A stretch of 64,000 bases of DNA from Octopus sinensis. Taxonomy: Eukaryota. Positions 50,470 through 64,000 of this stretch are shown here, piece by piece; within the stretch, counting starts at the first letter, position 1; each line of letters begins with the position of its first letter. The notes beneath the pieces are model-generated. The model had not been told where the DNA came from, made no database searches, and saw only the letters and a program-made list of their open reading frames with translations. Where the stretch lies: the NCBI RefSeq assembly GCF_006345805.1, contig NC_042997.1, forward strand, positions 210,738,001 to 210,802,000. The letters are read 5' to 3'. The position numbers were made by a program, and so were the translations under genes.

Positions 50470-50509
50470 AAATATGTGTGTGTGTGTGTCTGTGTGTGTG
50501 TGTGTGTGT

Positions 50510-50645
50510 AAATGTAAAAAAAATACAAACTGGGAAAAGACGTGGAACATTAGAAGACGATACAAAAAACACGGATGGGACATTCGAAGCCTTCAATCTT
50601 CAGTCAAGAACCGGATCATCTTCGCAATTTCGGCTGATTAATCTA
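50510..50645. mobile_element. Family E terminal-repeat fragment
   Basis: GACATTCGAAGCCTTCAATCTTCAGTCAAGAACCGGATCATC matches 6520-6570. Confidence 0.75.
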
Positions 50646-50793
50646 CCATATATACATATATATGTGTGTGTGTGTGTAAATATATATATTATATATATAT
50701 ATAATATATATTATATATATATGTAAATATATCTATATATATAATATATATATATATATATGCATATATATATATATTAATACATATATATAG

Positions 50794-50828
<35 letters not shown>

Positions 50829-51296
50829 ATAATATATATATATAATATAAATATCTATATATGTGTGTGTGTGTATAAAATATATATATATATTTATTTA
50901 TATAAAGAGAAAGGGAGATACACACACACACACACACACATAGAGAAACGAGTAGGAACTCTAGAAGCGAGTTTGTGTGTCTAATTTGTAAACTACTCAA
51001 TGATATTTTGATAATTATGAAGACTTTAAAATTCTCCGACGGCCAAAAGATGATTCTATCGGATTCAGCAGAGTAAGATTTCATTGGAATCTTAGTCTAT
51101 AGATTTCTAGCGATTTGATATTCTGTGTGTGTGTGTGTGTGTGTGGTGTGTGTGTGTGTGTGTTAGAGAGAGAGAGAGACGGAGAGAGTGTGTATGTGTG
51201 TAAATATACATGGAGCATAAATAGAATATCTGAGCGTAGAGATAATTCCCATATACACGCACACATACACATTGTGCATGCCAAAACTCGTGTGTA

Positions 51297-51327
<31 letters not shown>

Positions 51328-51442
51328 TGTGTGTGTGTGTGTGTGTATTCTGGCGTATAGTTAGGAATCGAATATACACTTGCGTGTGTTCTGCTTGTAT
51401 TTATAACTGTTATCATATCTACATGCGTATACATGTGTGACA

Positions 51443-51473
<31 letters not shown>

Positions 51474-51479
51474 TTGCTT

Positions 51480-51603
51480 CCGGAGTGGCTGTGTGGTAAG
51501 TAGCTTGCTTCCCAACCACATGGTTTCAGGTTCAGTCCCACTGCGTTGCCGACCAAAGCTTTGTGAGTGGATTTGGTAGATGGAAACTGAAAGAGGCCCG
51601 TCG
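51480..51603 (+). mobile_element. SINE family B head, internally deleted
   Basis: GGAGTGGCTGTGTGGTAAGTAGCTTGC...GGTTCAGTCCCACTGCG. Confidence 0.8.
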
Positions 51604-51869
51604 TGACCTAATATATATATATATATATATATAATAGGATAAAATCTTTATAAAAATTTATCAAGTAGTCAGCGTGAAAAACCTCATAAGGGAAAAATTG
51701 TCAATTTTTCCCTTTAAATATATTTATATATATTAAGGACATTACTATACATAAATGCCTCATGCTATTAGGGACTCTTGAAGTCAAAATTACCATAATA
51801 ATGTTTATTATGGTAGTTATGACTTTAAGAGTCCCTCCTGGCGTGAGGCATTTATGTATGTTAATGCCC

Positions 51870-51915
<46 letters not shown>

Positions 51916-51991
51916 ATACATACATATATATATACATATATATACATACATATATATATATACATATATACATACATATACACACACATAT

Positions 51992-52034
<43 letters not shown>

Positions 52035-52074
52035 GCGCGCATATATATATATATATATATATGCACGCGCGCGC

Positions 52075-52272
52075 GTGGTGTTTGTGTCTGTGTTTGTCCC
52101 TGCTACCATCGCCTGACAACCGACGTTGGTTTGTTCACATCCCCGTCACTTAGCGGTTCGGCAAAAAGACGCCGATAGAATAAGTACTAGGCTTGCAAAG
52201 AATAAGTCCTGGGGATCGATTTGTTCGACTAAAGGCGGTGCTCCAGCATGGCCGCAGTCAAATGACTGAAAA
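52075..52272 (+). mobile_element. SINE family B 3' half
   Basis: GTTTGTCCC...GCTCCAGCATGGCCGCAGTCAAATGACTGAA. Confidence 0.85.
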
Positions 52273-52319
52273 ACAAAAAAAAAAAAAAATATGCTCATAT
52301 TTTTGTTTGTACATTGCCA

Positions 52320-52321
52320 CC

Positions 52322-52384
<63 letters not shown>

Positions 52385-53090
52385 TACGCACGCACATACA
52401 ATCATATAATCATATACATACATTTATATTAAAACACTGAAACACATAGAGACACCTGTTTGTGTGTGTGTGTGTGTGTGTAAGTAGGTGCGTGTGATTG
52501 TGTGCGTTTGTGTATGCGTGTGGATAGGTAACGTTGTTGTGTTTTGCATGTGATATGTGAAGTCTGATATGTGGAAATGGTTGTGTGTACGTGTGTGTAC
52601 GTGTGTACGTGTGTGTGTGTGTGTGTGTGTGTGTACGTGTGTGTACGTGTGTGTACGTGTGTGTGTGCATTTGCAAACAAGTGTCAATAATAAACCGATG
52701 AAAATTATAAAAAAAGAACATGCGTGAATATATGCGTGTGTGTGCCTCTGTGTGTGTGTGTGTGCGTGAGTGTTTGTGTGTGTGCGTGAGTGTTTGTGTG
52801 TGCATGCGTGTGCGTGTGTATGTGTCTGTGTGTGTGTGTATGTGTCTGTGCCTGTGTGTGTGTTTGTGTGCGTGTGTGTGTGTGTGGATGCGTGTGTGTG
52901 TGCGTGCATGCGTGTGCGTGTCTATGTGTCTGTGTGTGTGTGTATGTGTCTGTGCCTGTGTGTGTGTTTGTGTGCGTGTGCGTGTGTGTGTGCGCATTCG
53001 TGTGTGTGTGTATGTACCTGTGTGTGCCTCTGTGTGCGCCTGTGTGTGTGTGTGTGCATGCGTGCGTGTGTGTGTGTGTGTGTGTGTGTA
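52320..53090. repeat. Long degenerate (TG)n block
   Basis: Directly visible; source of many spurious HT/CV-rich ORFs. Confidence 0.9.
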
Positions 53091-53588
53091 AGTTCGGCAG
53101 GTGTCTAAGTAGTTTGCGAGAAGGTTGCAATGTTGCTAAAGGAGAGGCAGTGTCAGCGACGGATAATGATGAACGGGTTTTTGTTTGTCTTTTTTTCCTT
53201 TCCTTTCCTTTCCTTTTCCTTTTCCATTATCCTTTTTTCTTTTCTCCTCTTGCAAGTGTGTAGGCGTGCTGATGGTCGCTCGTACGAAAAATCTGTAATG
53301 CGGCAGTCAGTATGTGCGTAGGCGGCTGAATATATATATACGGAGCGGTGTGCGCGAGGAAAGGGCGGCGAAGCGGGGAGGATAGAGTGCCAAGTAATAG
53401 GCGGGACAATCAGCCGGATGTACAACACCTAACCACGTTCTCAACATCCTTACCTTTGCTTTTCATTCGACATACTTCAAGACTACCAAGACTACTACTG
53501 CTGCTGCTGCTGCTGCTAAATACTGCTGCTGCCGCTCTATGTTTACTGGTTGTGTGTGTGTGTGTGTGTGTGTGTACAATACAGGTAA

Positions 53589-53955
<367 letters not shown>

Positions 53956-54918
53956 GAGAGATGTACACGTTCAAACACGCGCGCACACACACAGATATAT
54001 AGTATATATATATATATGTTTGTATGTTTATAGGTAGTAAGTAGTTAATGTATGCACAATATATATGCTAAGTATGTGTACTTGTATATATTTATCTAGG
54101 TAAGTACGAGTGTACCTTTATATGTACATATGTATCTATGTTCATATATATATATATATAATATATATATATATATATGTGTGTGTGTATATATGTACGT
54201 ATATATATAGACATAGTGGTGCTAGCGTCATAAACGCTATACTGTTAATATCGCCATATAAATATTTTAGCGGATGGCTATAATCTGCATATGTGCGTCT
54301 CTATTTACAAGTCTGAATGCGTAAAGCCTGTGTGCATGTGCGTAAACATTTATATATGTATACATACAGTTACACACACACACACACATGGTAACGTTGG
54401 TGTTGTGTTAAAAAAGCATTTAAGACACCAACAAAATTTGCTAATGAGAGAACTCAACGACTCATTCTGGAGGAATATAATGCCATCGTGTGTGTGTGTG
54501 TGTGTGAGTGTGTGTGTGTGTGTACATGTATATCTGTATATACGTATATATGCATATATATATATATATATATATAGATAGATAGATAGATACATTTATA
54601 TTTGACTATATAAAAGCGTGTACATACATACGCGCACACACACACATACACACATATATATAATATGCAAATATATAAATATGTGTATATGTATGTACAT
54701 ATATATATATGTACATACATATTTTATATATATATATATATTATATATATGCGTGAGTGTATACATACACACAAAAATATATTCATAGATATATAATATA
54801 TATACATATATATAAATATATACATATATATATATTTATATATATATAAATATATATATATGCATGTATATATTTATATATACATATGTATATATATTAT
54901 ATATATATATATATAATA

Positions 54919-54955
<37 letters not shown>

Positions 54956-55051
54956 GCATATACATACATACACACATTCAAATATATATATATATATCAC
55001 CTTCTCTCCATATGTAAATACACACACACACACACGCATAAATACATACAT

Positions 55052-55810
55052 ACTATCCACCCGTCACATTACTATTCACCTGTCACCTTACTATCCAACC
55101 TTCATTCTATTATCCAACCGTGGCCCTACTATCCAACCGCCACAAAACTATTATGTCGTCACCCTACTATCCAGCCGTCACTCTACTATTCACCCGCCGC
55201 CCTACTATTCAACAGTCACCTTACTATCCAGCCGTTATCTTACTATCCAACTGCGACGCAACTATTTTGCCGTCACTCTACTATCCAGCCGTTACTTTAC
55301 TATCCAACCGTCACTCGGCTATCCAGCCGTCACTCTACTGGAATGGAAGCACTCCGTCGGTTACGACGACGAGGGTTCCGATTGATCCGAATCAATGGAA
55401 CAGCCTGCTCGTGAAATTAACGTGTAAGTGGCTGAGCACTCTACAGACACGCGTACTCTTAACGTAGTTCTCGGGGATATTCAGCGTGACACAGAGAGTG
55501 ACAAGGCTTGCCCGTTGAATTACAGGTACAACAGAAACAGGAAGTGAGAGAAAGTTGTGGTGAAAGAGTACAGCAGGGATCACCACCATCCCCTGCCGGA
55601 GCCTCGTGGAGCTTTAGGTGTTTTCGCTCAATAAACACTCACAACGCCCGGTCTGGGAATCGAAACCGCGATCCTATGACCGCGAGTCCGCTGCCCTAAC
55701 CACTGGGCCATTGTGCCTCCCGTCACCCTACTATCCAACCGTCATCTCAGAAACCATCCGTCTCCTTACTATTCAGCCGACGATCTACTACTCCGTTGTC
55801 AATCCAATCG
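55052..55810. repeat. ~20-bp minisatellite (CCGTCACYCTACTATCCAR) split by a SINE C insertion
   Basis: Units at 55052-55340 and 55721-55810. Confidence 0.85.
55345..55720 (-). mobile_element. SINE family C, full copy
   Basis: Full-length match. Confidence 0.9.
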
Positions 55811-56284
55811 TCACCCTGCTGTTCAGATGGAAGCATACCTTCCAATCGTCACAATACCATTCATCCGTCACCACACATGCTATCCCTAATCCAGTCCTCA
55901 TTTCCAGATATCGGAGGGGGTGGTCTTTATAGAGACGAAAGCTCTTCTCTTCTTGAACCGTAGCATTAACAGAGAACTAGAATGGCCTAAGAAACAACTC
56001 TTAAAACTCTTTAGAAACGTAGTTTTAGCGTTGACCATAGAAAAGGAATACTGCAGAGTTAACTGGCTCGTTGCTCCCTTTGGCCTAGATACCCGGTTAT
56101 ATGAACCATACCATAAGCCGATCTATCTATCTATCTATCTATCTAACCTAAAATATATTAACGTACAATCAAATCATCCACCCTCCATTATAGGGGACTA
56201 ATAAGAAATATCGAAACTAGAATATCCAGAAAACTACTATTTTAAAATCTCATAACGAGAGATATTCAGCAACAGTACTTTGAA

Positions 56285-56601
56285 GTAATAATGATAATGT
56301 TCGTCCTTCGGGTTCGAAGATAACCATTGACATCATTTGGTGGAATTGCTGCTATGAGACCGGAGGTGACTGGTGAGGCCAATCCGGGCAAGAAAGCCCC
56401 TCCCACAAGTGGGGCAGAAGTGGGTAGGGGCTGTGCTATTGGTGCAGTTGGCTCTGGCTTTCCGCATCTGGCGTTTCTGTTCTGCTGACTGAATCCGTCT
56501 CTCCTCGGCTGTCTTTGCTCCTGTGGTGATTGCGCTGCGCCAGGATGAGCGGTCGGCAGCAAGTGTCTCCAAAGTCTCTGTGCCGATGGTGAAGTCTTTG
56601 A
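56285..56601 (-). mobile_element. RTE-clade (BovB-like) LINE 3' end
   Basis: ETLAADRSSWRSAI...HFCPTCGRGFLARIGLTSHLRSH (C2H2-type tail), then 3' UTR ATGGTTATCTTCGAACCCGAAGGACGAAC. Confidence 0.85.
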
Positions 56602-56987
56602 AGTAAAGATTGTTTGTCAACATAACAGGGCAGTCCTGGTTTAGGACGAATGTTGCTGTAATTTAGCCCCAGGAGACATAATTTTCTAATTTATAGATCA
56701 GTGACTAGTTGTCACTTTGAAAACTATATATTTCGAACGGGAATTTGGCAGCGCCACCTCTAGCCGAACAATTATTCTGTGCTGCTGAAGGGAAATAACC
56801 CGGAAATTCCGATACACAGATATTGTTTTGAGCTGAGTGTGGGGGGGGGGTGCTAGATTCCCTTGTTTGAAAATACAAAGGATACAGATCGTGTCGTATA
56901 GCCGGCTGGATACAATTCTCCTGGGGCTAAATTACAGCAACATTCGTCCTAAACCAGGACTGCCATGTTATGTTGGCAATCTTTACT
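56602..56987. mobile_element. Inverted-repeat element (~70-bp arms)
   Basis: 56602-56675 and 56917-56987 are near-perfect reverse complements (GGCAGTCCTGGTTTAGGACGAATGTTGCTGTAATTTAGCCCCAGGAGA). Confidence 0.8.
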
Positions 56988-57284
56988 CCTAGAATATCCA
57001 GGTTATCCACCAACGAAGAATAATTTTTTAACTTGCACGAACCCTACTGTAATGAAGTGATAATACACACAACTACGACATCCACGTCCACAGCAACGAT
57101 ACGCATACTACATGAACATGCACTTACAGAAATTACATCGGCACAAAACACCAACACGGTCTTAAATAGCCATCACAATAACATGAACTCTCAGTCATCA
57201 AGGGATACTAACTGCAGTTTAAACACAACACACAACACAATAGATAACATCAACAACACACGACGCACTAGGACCAATAAACCT

Positions 57285-58115
57285 AACACGAAATATAAAA
57301 AAACATCACTGTCCTCTGGTATAATCCGATCTATGGATCGCACGTTTCTTCAAGGATCGCTAGACAATTTTTCGCAGCTTTAGATAGGTGCTTCCTAAAA
57401 TATGTACCATGCTATATTTAATAGGCATACTATGAAGGTGTCATATACCAACTCCTGCAACTTAGAGCAACATATACACTGGATCAACAATAGAAAACTG
57501 AAGAGTTGGCAAACACACCCAGTGAGAGTCCGTAAATAATGAACGGATATACAATACTTGGAGGAAGCGCAACACAGAGGAATCCATAGTATTAACTACT
57601 TGGGAAATAACAACTACCAAATCGTAAATAACGAGGCCACGTAATAATAGTATAGGGAATAGAGACGTAAATGCAACAAAAATTGTGATGGGAACTGAGA
57701 ACGATAGCCGGTCAGTAACAACAGGCAACAACAAATGCTCATGCCAAGATAAAACAAAATGCCCATTGAATAACCTCTGCATGAGTCGCAACCTTGTCAA
57801 TAAATGCACCGTACACACAAGAAGAGGCTAAGATGTGCGCATAGGTGCAACGGCTGATTAGTTCAAAAATCGATACCGCCACCACTCCAGCTTTAAAAAT
57901 GCTAGCACGAGGCACTGAACATCATTACCAAACTTTCTGTGGAAATTAAAATTGGATAAGATGCACTGTCTTGGATAATAAGGCAAACACAACCGTACAA
58001 CGCCCTTTCCAGGTGGGGCGGACTATACTCAGAGGAATCTCTGTCCATTACATGGATTATTAAGAAACTATCGGAAAGAATAGTCCGTTGCATGCATGCT
58101 AGGAAATGCACATTC
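57285..58115 (+). mobile_element. Penelope-like element remnant (RT-linker and GIY-YIG endonuclease), decayed
   Basis: With frameshifts reads LWYNPIY...FFAALDRCF...IFNRHTMKVSY...CSCQDKTKCPLNNLCMSRNLVNKCTV...IGATAD*FKNRYR.HSSFKN...LWKLK...QPYN...CMHARKC. Confidence 0.75.
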
Positions 58116-59043
58116 ACCCATTACAATAAGCATAATTCAGCACCATCACAGTCTTAATCAGCATACATGGAGTCCATAGATTTGCGAATAGCGAACCACA
58201 AATCGACGCCCCACGGGGAGACATGTTGCGATATAACATCACCGGATACTCCGAGGAACTACAATATAGTATAGGCACCTGTTTGTCCACTGTCCTGTAC
58301 AAGCACCGTTCCCCAACTACCGCCTTCAACTGACGGATACATCACCACCTACGCTTAGTATTCACCGCCCTACATAATCATGTGCTTTGTCCTTATATTC
58401 TGTTTTCTAGTGACGAACACACCACCACCTACGATACATACTTAAACGTCCCGGATGTACCTATGCCTGTCCTTGGGGACGTTCACACCACCCCAAACAC
58501 GCCCAAAGTCATGGGATACTACTGCACTGACCGTGAGGTTTTCTATTGACTACATATCGCCGAATAGGGACCTAAGTTTATCAACCCTGCACCTGTAATT
58601 TAATTAATGACTGCCTACATACCAACATGATTAGGGGCTTCTCTGAGAAACTACGATTGAACGGACCAATTGATTTGCACGTTTGCTAAAAACCATATAA
58701 TTATCACAATGTTAATGCTGTTATATGTGGTATTGCGTTGCTGTTTTGTTTCATCCAACTGCGCCGTTTCACTGGATACACCGCAGAAAGATGTGTGTAT
58801 GTATGTATGTATGTATGTATGTATGTATGTATGTATGTATGTATGTATGTATGAATGTATGTATATTTGTATGTATGTAAGTATGTACGTGCTGGCCTAC
58901 ATACGTCTCTATTTGTGTTTGGATATATGCATATACACAGACATGACAGAAGAAAATAGTCACCCTTATACACATTAAAATTAATTTAAATCTGAAATTA
59001 TACATTCAAATCCTTTGTTAATTATTATAATGTGAATATTTTT

Positions 59044-60011
59044 CAACGCAAGAACCCTATTAGGCATGTTACTGATCAGATGATGAATATTCTCTCGAGG
59101 AATTTCTTGCCAAGTTCCAAACAGTAATCTCAAAAGATCTGGCTTTGAAGATGCTTTCTTGATCTTTCTATGAAGTGTCCTGTCCATTATGTCCCAGAAG
59201 TGTCCAATACGGTTCATATCTGATGACTGGCTTGGCCATCGAAGCTTTTTAATGCCATTCTCCTCCAACAAATCTTGGATCATTTTAGCCATGTGATAAG
59301 GAGCCTCATCTTCCATAATTAAAGAGTCTTCTTTAATCATTTCACCAGTGGAGAAGATTGGAAGGGGCCCTTTCTGCAATATGGACACATATTTATCTGA
59401 GTTTATGTTTCTCTCACACGCCACCAATTCTAATCAACCATTGGTCTAAATTGCTTCCCAGACCATCACAGAAAAGCTGCCGTGTTTCATTGTTGGCTGC
59501 AATCTTTTCACATCAAATTCTTGATCACAGAGTCTCCAGACCCACACTTGACCACAGTCAGGAAATATAGCAAATCTGGACTCATCAGAGAATATGACAG
59601 TGTCCCAAAATGCTAGTGGCCTCTCCACCATCTCACTGGCCCAATCTTTATTCCACTTGATGTTGGCTGATCAAAGAAGTGGCTTCCTTCTTGCTGCTCT
59701 GCCATAGTAACCAAGTTTGTGGAGATATCTCACAGCTGTTCTGAGATGGACATCAACTTGTTCTGCTATGTCAGAGGTCTTGCAACGAGGATTATCCTCC
59801 ACTCTTCACTTAACAAAGCGAAGGGTCCTATTAGAGGGCCCTGGTCGACTTAAGTGAGGTAATGTGAACCTTTTGCTCTCCCTGGTGACTTGCGCAATCA
59901 CTCTATTAACTGTAGAAAGTGGGATCCCAAAGTTTTCTGCGATTTTACGTTGACTAGGTCCACGTTGTGATTGACTCACAATATACTTTGTGAGACGAAA
60001 CTGGCTTTCAT
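59044..60011 (-). mobile_element. Tc1-like (DD34E) transposase pseudogene
   Basis: [12 protein letters not shown]; EDEAPYH; WPSQSSDMNRIG. There are 34 residues between the second D and the third catalytic position, which reads G instead of E. Multiple frameshifts; TIRs not identified. Confidence 0.88.
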
Positions 60012-60214
60012 GGCTTCTGATCTTAACTGATTGGAAGTGTTATCATCTTTTGTCTTGACATAAAAGATGGGTTACCTGGGGTACGAACAAACATTGGAAT
60101 AATATAAACTCTTTTCATTAATCACAGTTTTTTTTATTTCCACGGTACTTCACATCGCGTCAGTTTTTCCTCCTTTTTCAACGTTTTTTTGCTGTTGCCA
60201 GGGCAAGCGATATC

Positions 60215-60442
60215 TATGATCAGGCATCACCTTTCTTCTTTGTCTACCACCACATTATCAGGTTACTGGTGTTTGATTCTATGATCACATTGGATCACGA
60301 AGTCCCAAAGGATCTTTTCTCTGTCATTTTCTACCACAACTTTTGGCTCATCCATACCATTTTCGCGTTCTTTCCAATCCAAACTTGCTACACTGTTCCC
60401 AGTGGACCATTCTGGCAACATATCATGCCTTCTCTTGTATTA
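60215..60442 (-). mobile_element. R4/Dong-like RLE fragment
   Basis: YKRRHD..RMVHWEQCSKFGLERTRKWY..EPKVVVENDREKILWDFVIQCDHRIKHQ*PDNVVVDKE. Confidence 0.8.
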
Positions 60443-61348
60443 TTAAGAAGGCAAGTTGGCAGAATCGTTAGCTCGTTGGAGAAAATTCTGAGGTCTGTTC
60501 CACCCATCTGTTAGTAGAACCCACAAGGGAAACAAATTCGTCACTCTAAGTAACTGTATAAGACTGTTGATTTCATAAGAGATTTCTTGGCTGGTTGGGT
60601 GTGGGGTGCAATCTATGATAGGCTAGCGTCTTCGCCAGGGAATAATTTTCCCTTGCCTGCACAACGTTACCTAAACTGGAAATAAATGTCAGATCATTAA
60701 GATACGGAAAGAGATACGGTGTCTTTGAGGGCGAGAGTGGTAAGAAAGTGTTAAGAGAAGTGAACAGCAGAAGGTCTTCAAAGAAGAAACCCCCGCCTCA
60801 GGCAAGTATCTTGGCCCTTAATTATTTACATTCTAAAGGGATCCGGCCGCATCCAGGTCATGACTTCTGGGTGCCCTACTGCTGACACCTTTTAGCCATT
60901 TGGATATCGGAGACTTGTGCATTTAAACAGCTTGGAGATTCCATCTGGTTGGAACTCCTTTCCATTGGCTAAGCATTTAAGCTTAAACTTGAAGAAATAA
61001 CGTTGGTTGTCATGGTAGAGAGAAATGAGGCAGCTACGAAGACGGCAGATGCAATAGAGTAGCATATGGTGTTATGCAAGAAAGAGAATGGAACTCTGGT
61101 AGAATGGTTAATTGTGAGAAATGTGCAGCAGACGAGTGGAGATTCACAAATGGAATATGGAATAATGTTTAATAAATCAATGAAAGTGAGGTTAATTGTT
61201 TTTGCAAATGAAGCAAAATTTAATTAGTGAAATGGTTTGGAAAGATTACAAATGGCAGCCAAACTGCACGGATTATCCATGTTGAGTGAAGTGTAGGCTG
61301 GTCATTGGAAAGGAGGGTGAATGATAGGTAGAGTACGTCGGGGGTAGA

Positions 61349-61775
61349 GAGTGGAGTGGATGGGTGGAGTGCCTCATGAGTAGAGAGTAGAGTAGCTCGT
61401 AAGTGGTGGGTGGGGTGCCTCGTGAGAAGAGGGTAGAGTAGCTCGTGAGTGGTGGGCGAAGTGCCTCGTGGGTAGAGTAGCTCGTGAGTGGTGGGTGGAG
61501 TGCCTCGTGAGTAGAGGATAGACTAGCCCGTGAGTGGTGGGTGAAGTGCCTCGTAGGTAGAGTAGCTCGTGAGTGGTGGGTGGGGTGCCTCGTGAGAAGA
61601 GGGTAGAGTAGCTCGTGAGTGGTGGGTGGGGTGCCTCGTGAGTAGAGGGTAGAGTAGCCCGTGAGTGGTGGGTGAAGTGCCTCGTGGGTAGGGTAGCTCG
61701 TGAGTGGTGGGTGGGGTGCCTCGTGAGTAGAGGGTAGAGTAGCTCATGAGTGGTAGGTGGGGTACCTCGTGAGTA
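61349..61775. repeat. G-rich minisatellite, ~9 units of 41-46 bp
   Basis: (TAGAGG)GTAGAGTAGCTCGTGAGTGGTGGGTGGGGTGCCTCGTGAG. Confidence 0.92.
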
Positions 61776-62084
61776 TCCTGTCTCCTATGAAGACAGATGT
61801 ATGTGTGTGATGATATGGTCGGATGTAAAATTGTTGGCAATGGAATTTAAGGAACAACGGAACGACTGAGATTGGAATTGAAATGATCAGACTTCGACGC
61901 CAAACTCTTAGTTATGAAGATGATCGATAGTGAGGTAGGTGAGGAGTGGGGTGGGGGATTTATGTACTGGGAGTTGAGTTTATTGCTTGAAATAAGCTTT
62001 TGTAAGAACATACGGTTTAATGTCTTGAAACCAAGAAAGGAAAATAATAACAAAAATATAACCTGAAATTTAGGAGGAAGGAAG

Positions 62085-62245
62085 CTGGTCGATTGCATCA
62101 ACCCCAGTACATGACTGATACTTATTTTGTCGACCCTAAAAGAATGAAATGCAAAAATGACCTCGGCGGAATTTGAACTCAGAACGTAAATCCGGAAGAA
62201 CTGCCACGAAACAAAATGTCATTCGTGCTAACGATTTGGCCACCT
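62085..62245 (-). mobile_element. Old SINE family A-related copy
   Basis: GACCTCGGCGGAATTTGAACTCAGAACG. Confidence 0.7.
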
Positions 62246-62261
62246 TATCGCAACTTTATAA

Positions 62262-62263
62262 TA

Positions 62264-62337
<74 letters not shown>

Positions 62338-62375
62338 TAATAATAATTATTATAATTATAATAATAATATTAATG

Positions 62376-62408
<33 letters not shown>

Positions 62409-62440
62409 TAATAATGATAATAATGATAATAATATAATAA

Positions 62441-62496
<56 letters not shown>

Positions 62497-62653
62497 AATA
62501 ATAAGGATAATAATAATAATAATAATAATAATTTTGTAATAATAATAATAATAATAATATAATAATAATAATAATTTTGTAATAATAATAATAATAATAA
62601 TAATAATTTTGTAATAATAATAATAATAATAATAATAATATAATAATAATTTT

Positions 62654-62700
<47 letters not shown>

Positions 62701-62771
62701 TTTGTAATAATAATAATAATAATAATAATAATTTTGTAATAATATAATAATAATAATAATAATAATAATTT

Positions 62772-62815
<44 letters not shown>

Positions 62816-62821
62816 TTTGTG

Positions 62822-62886
<65 letters not shown>

Positions 62887-62889
62887 TTT

Positions 62890-62933
<44 letters not shown>

Positions 62934-62935
62934 TA
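62262..62935. repeat. ~670-bp (TAA)n tract with periodic TAATTTTG interruptions
   Basis: Directly visible. Confidence 0.97.
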
Positions 62936-62979
62936 GCTAACGTACGAATAATAATGATAATAATAATAATAATAATAAA

Positions 62980-64000
62980 AATTAGCTAACGTACGAAGAT
63001 ACATTCTCAAAGCCAAAAAAATATCAGAAATAGAAATAGAACATTTAAAAGAAAAAATACACCAGGAAAATGTAGATAGAAGCCACACAACAATGCCCAA
63101 TAATATAAACACTGAAACTGTAAAACACGAAGACAAACGCAACATTCCCAACAAACACGATGTAAACAACGAAGGGGAGCCTATGATTATGATAATATAA
63201 AAAATAAAATAATCAAAGAACTAAAAACCACAGAGCTCAAAATGGACCACCGACCATACCTCCCAAGAATAAAAATAAACGCAATAACAACACCAATTAT
63301 AAACAACATAAACTAGCCGTCACTGAACTAGCCACTGAAACAAAAAAAAGTGATATCACTGAACTAAATGACCTGATATACGCAGCAGCCACTGCAGCCA
63401 CAAAAGAAGCTGGATACTCACCCAAAACCGCCCAAACAGGAGTACCACCACCCAAACAAACCCTGTGGATAAATAACATCCAAAACAAAATAAAAAAAAT
63501 TAGAAAAGACCTGTCGATTCTTAATGAAATCAGCAAACAATCAACGCTACTGAGCAACAAAAAGAGAACAAAAATGCTCCGCAAATATAACATCACAGAA
63601 AAAGATTTGCCGGAGATAAAAGAAAAGCTGAAGCAAGATATCCTTGCCAAAGCTCAAAGGATCCGCCGGTACGAGAAACGCCAACGCTTCTTTGAACAGA
63701 ACAAAAAGTTCAACTCCGACCCCAAAAAGTTCTACCAAGAACTGGGCAAAAATAAAATAGAAGTCACTGCAGCACCAACGGCAGAAGAATTGGAAGAATT
63801 CTGGAAAGAAATATGGTCGGCGAACGAACAGCCAAAAAAAGGAGTATGAAAATAACAAACTCGGCATCTGAACAACTTTGGCCCCCATAACAACTGAAGA
63901 GGTCACCCAGGCACTGCAAAAACTAAGCAACTGGAAGGCACCTGGGCATGACAAGATCCCCAACTTCTGGTTGAAATATCTAACTGGAATGCACAAAAAG
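62980..64000 (+). mobile_element. R4/Dong-like ORF N-terminal half leading into RT, 5'-truncated, runs off window
   Basis: KLANVRRYILKAKKISEIEI...ITELNDLIYAAA...AKAQRIRRYEKRQRFFEQNKKFNSDPKKFY...EEFWKEIW...ITTEEVTQALQKLSNWKAPGHDKIPNFWLK. Few frameshifts. Confidence 0.85.

Noticed and set aside
59215-59255. CTGATGA...GAAG motif
   Set aside because: It lies inside the Tc1 coding remnant (antisense of WPSQSSD), with no GAAA or stem I.

Overview
Eukaryotic, AT-rich, microsatellite-saturated DNA with no intact protein-coding gene visible. The SINE repertoire and repeat landscape most resemble an Octopus genome (inferred from recall, not searched). The window is a retroelement graveyard. It holds three abundant tRNA-derived SINE families (called A, B, C here) and many fragments of restriction-like-endonuclease (R4/Dong-type) non-LTR elements, often next to (TAA)n tracts. 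It also has RTE and CR1/L2 LINE 3' ends, a decayed Penelope GIY-YIG ORF, Tc1/mariner and hAT transposase remnants, two copies of a ~400-bp non-autonomous Helitron and a 100-N gap. Three things stand out. (1) Several unrelated inverted-repeat footprints carry minimal type-I hammerhead ribozyme motifs reading outward from the centre. One is fully canonical (14405-14447) and one has a compensatory G3-C8 core swap (1266-1316). (2) A 3.9-kb array of ~490-bp units flips orientation at a perfect hairpin (29761-33646). (3) R4/Dong-like copies form same-strand chains punctuated by (TAA)n. A CpG-rich promoter-like island lies at ~3690-4015.
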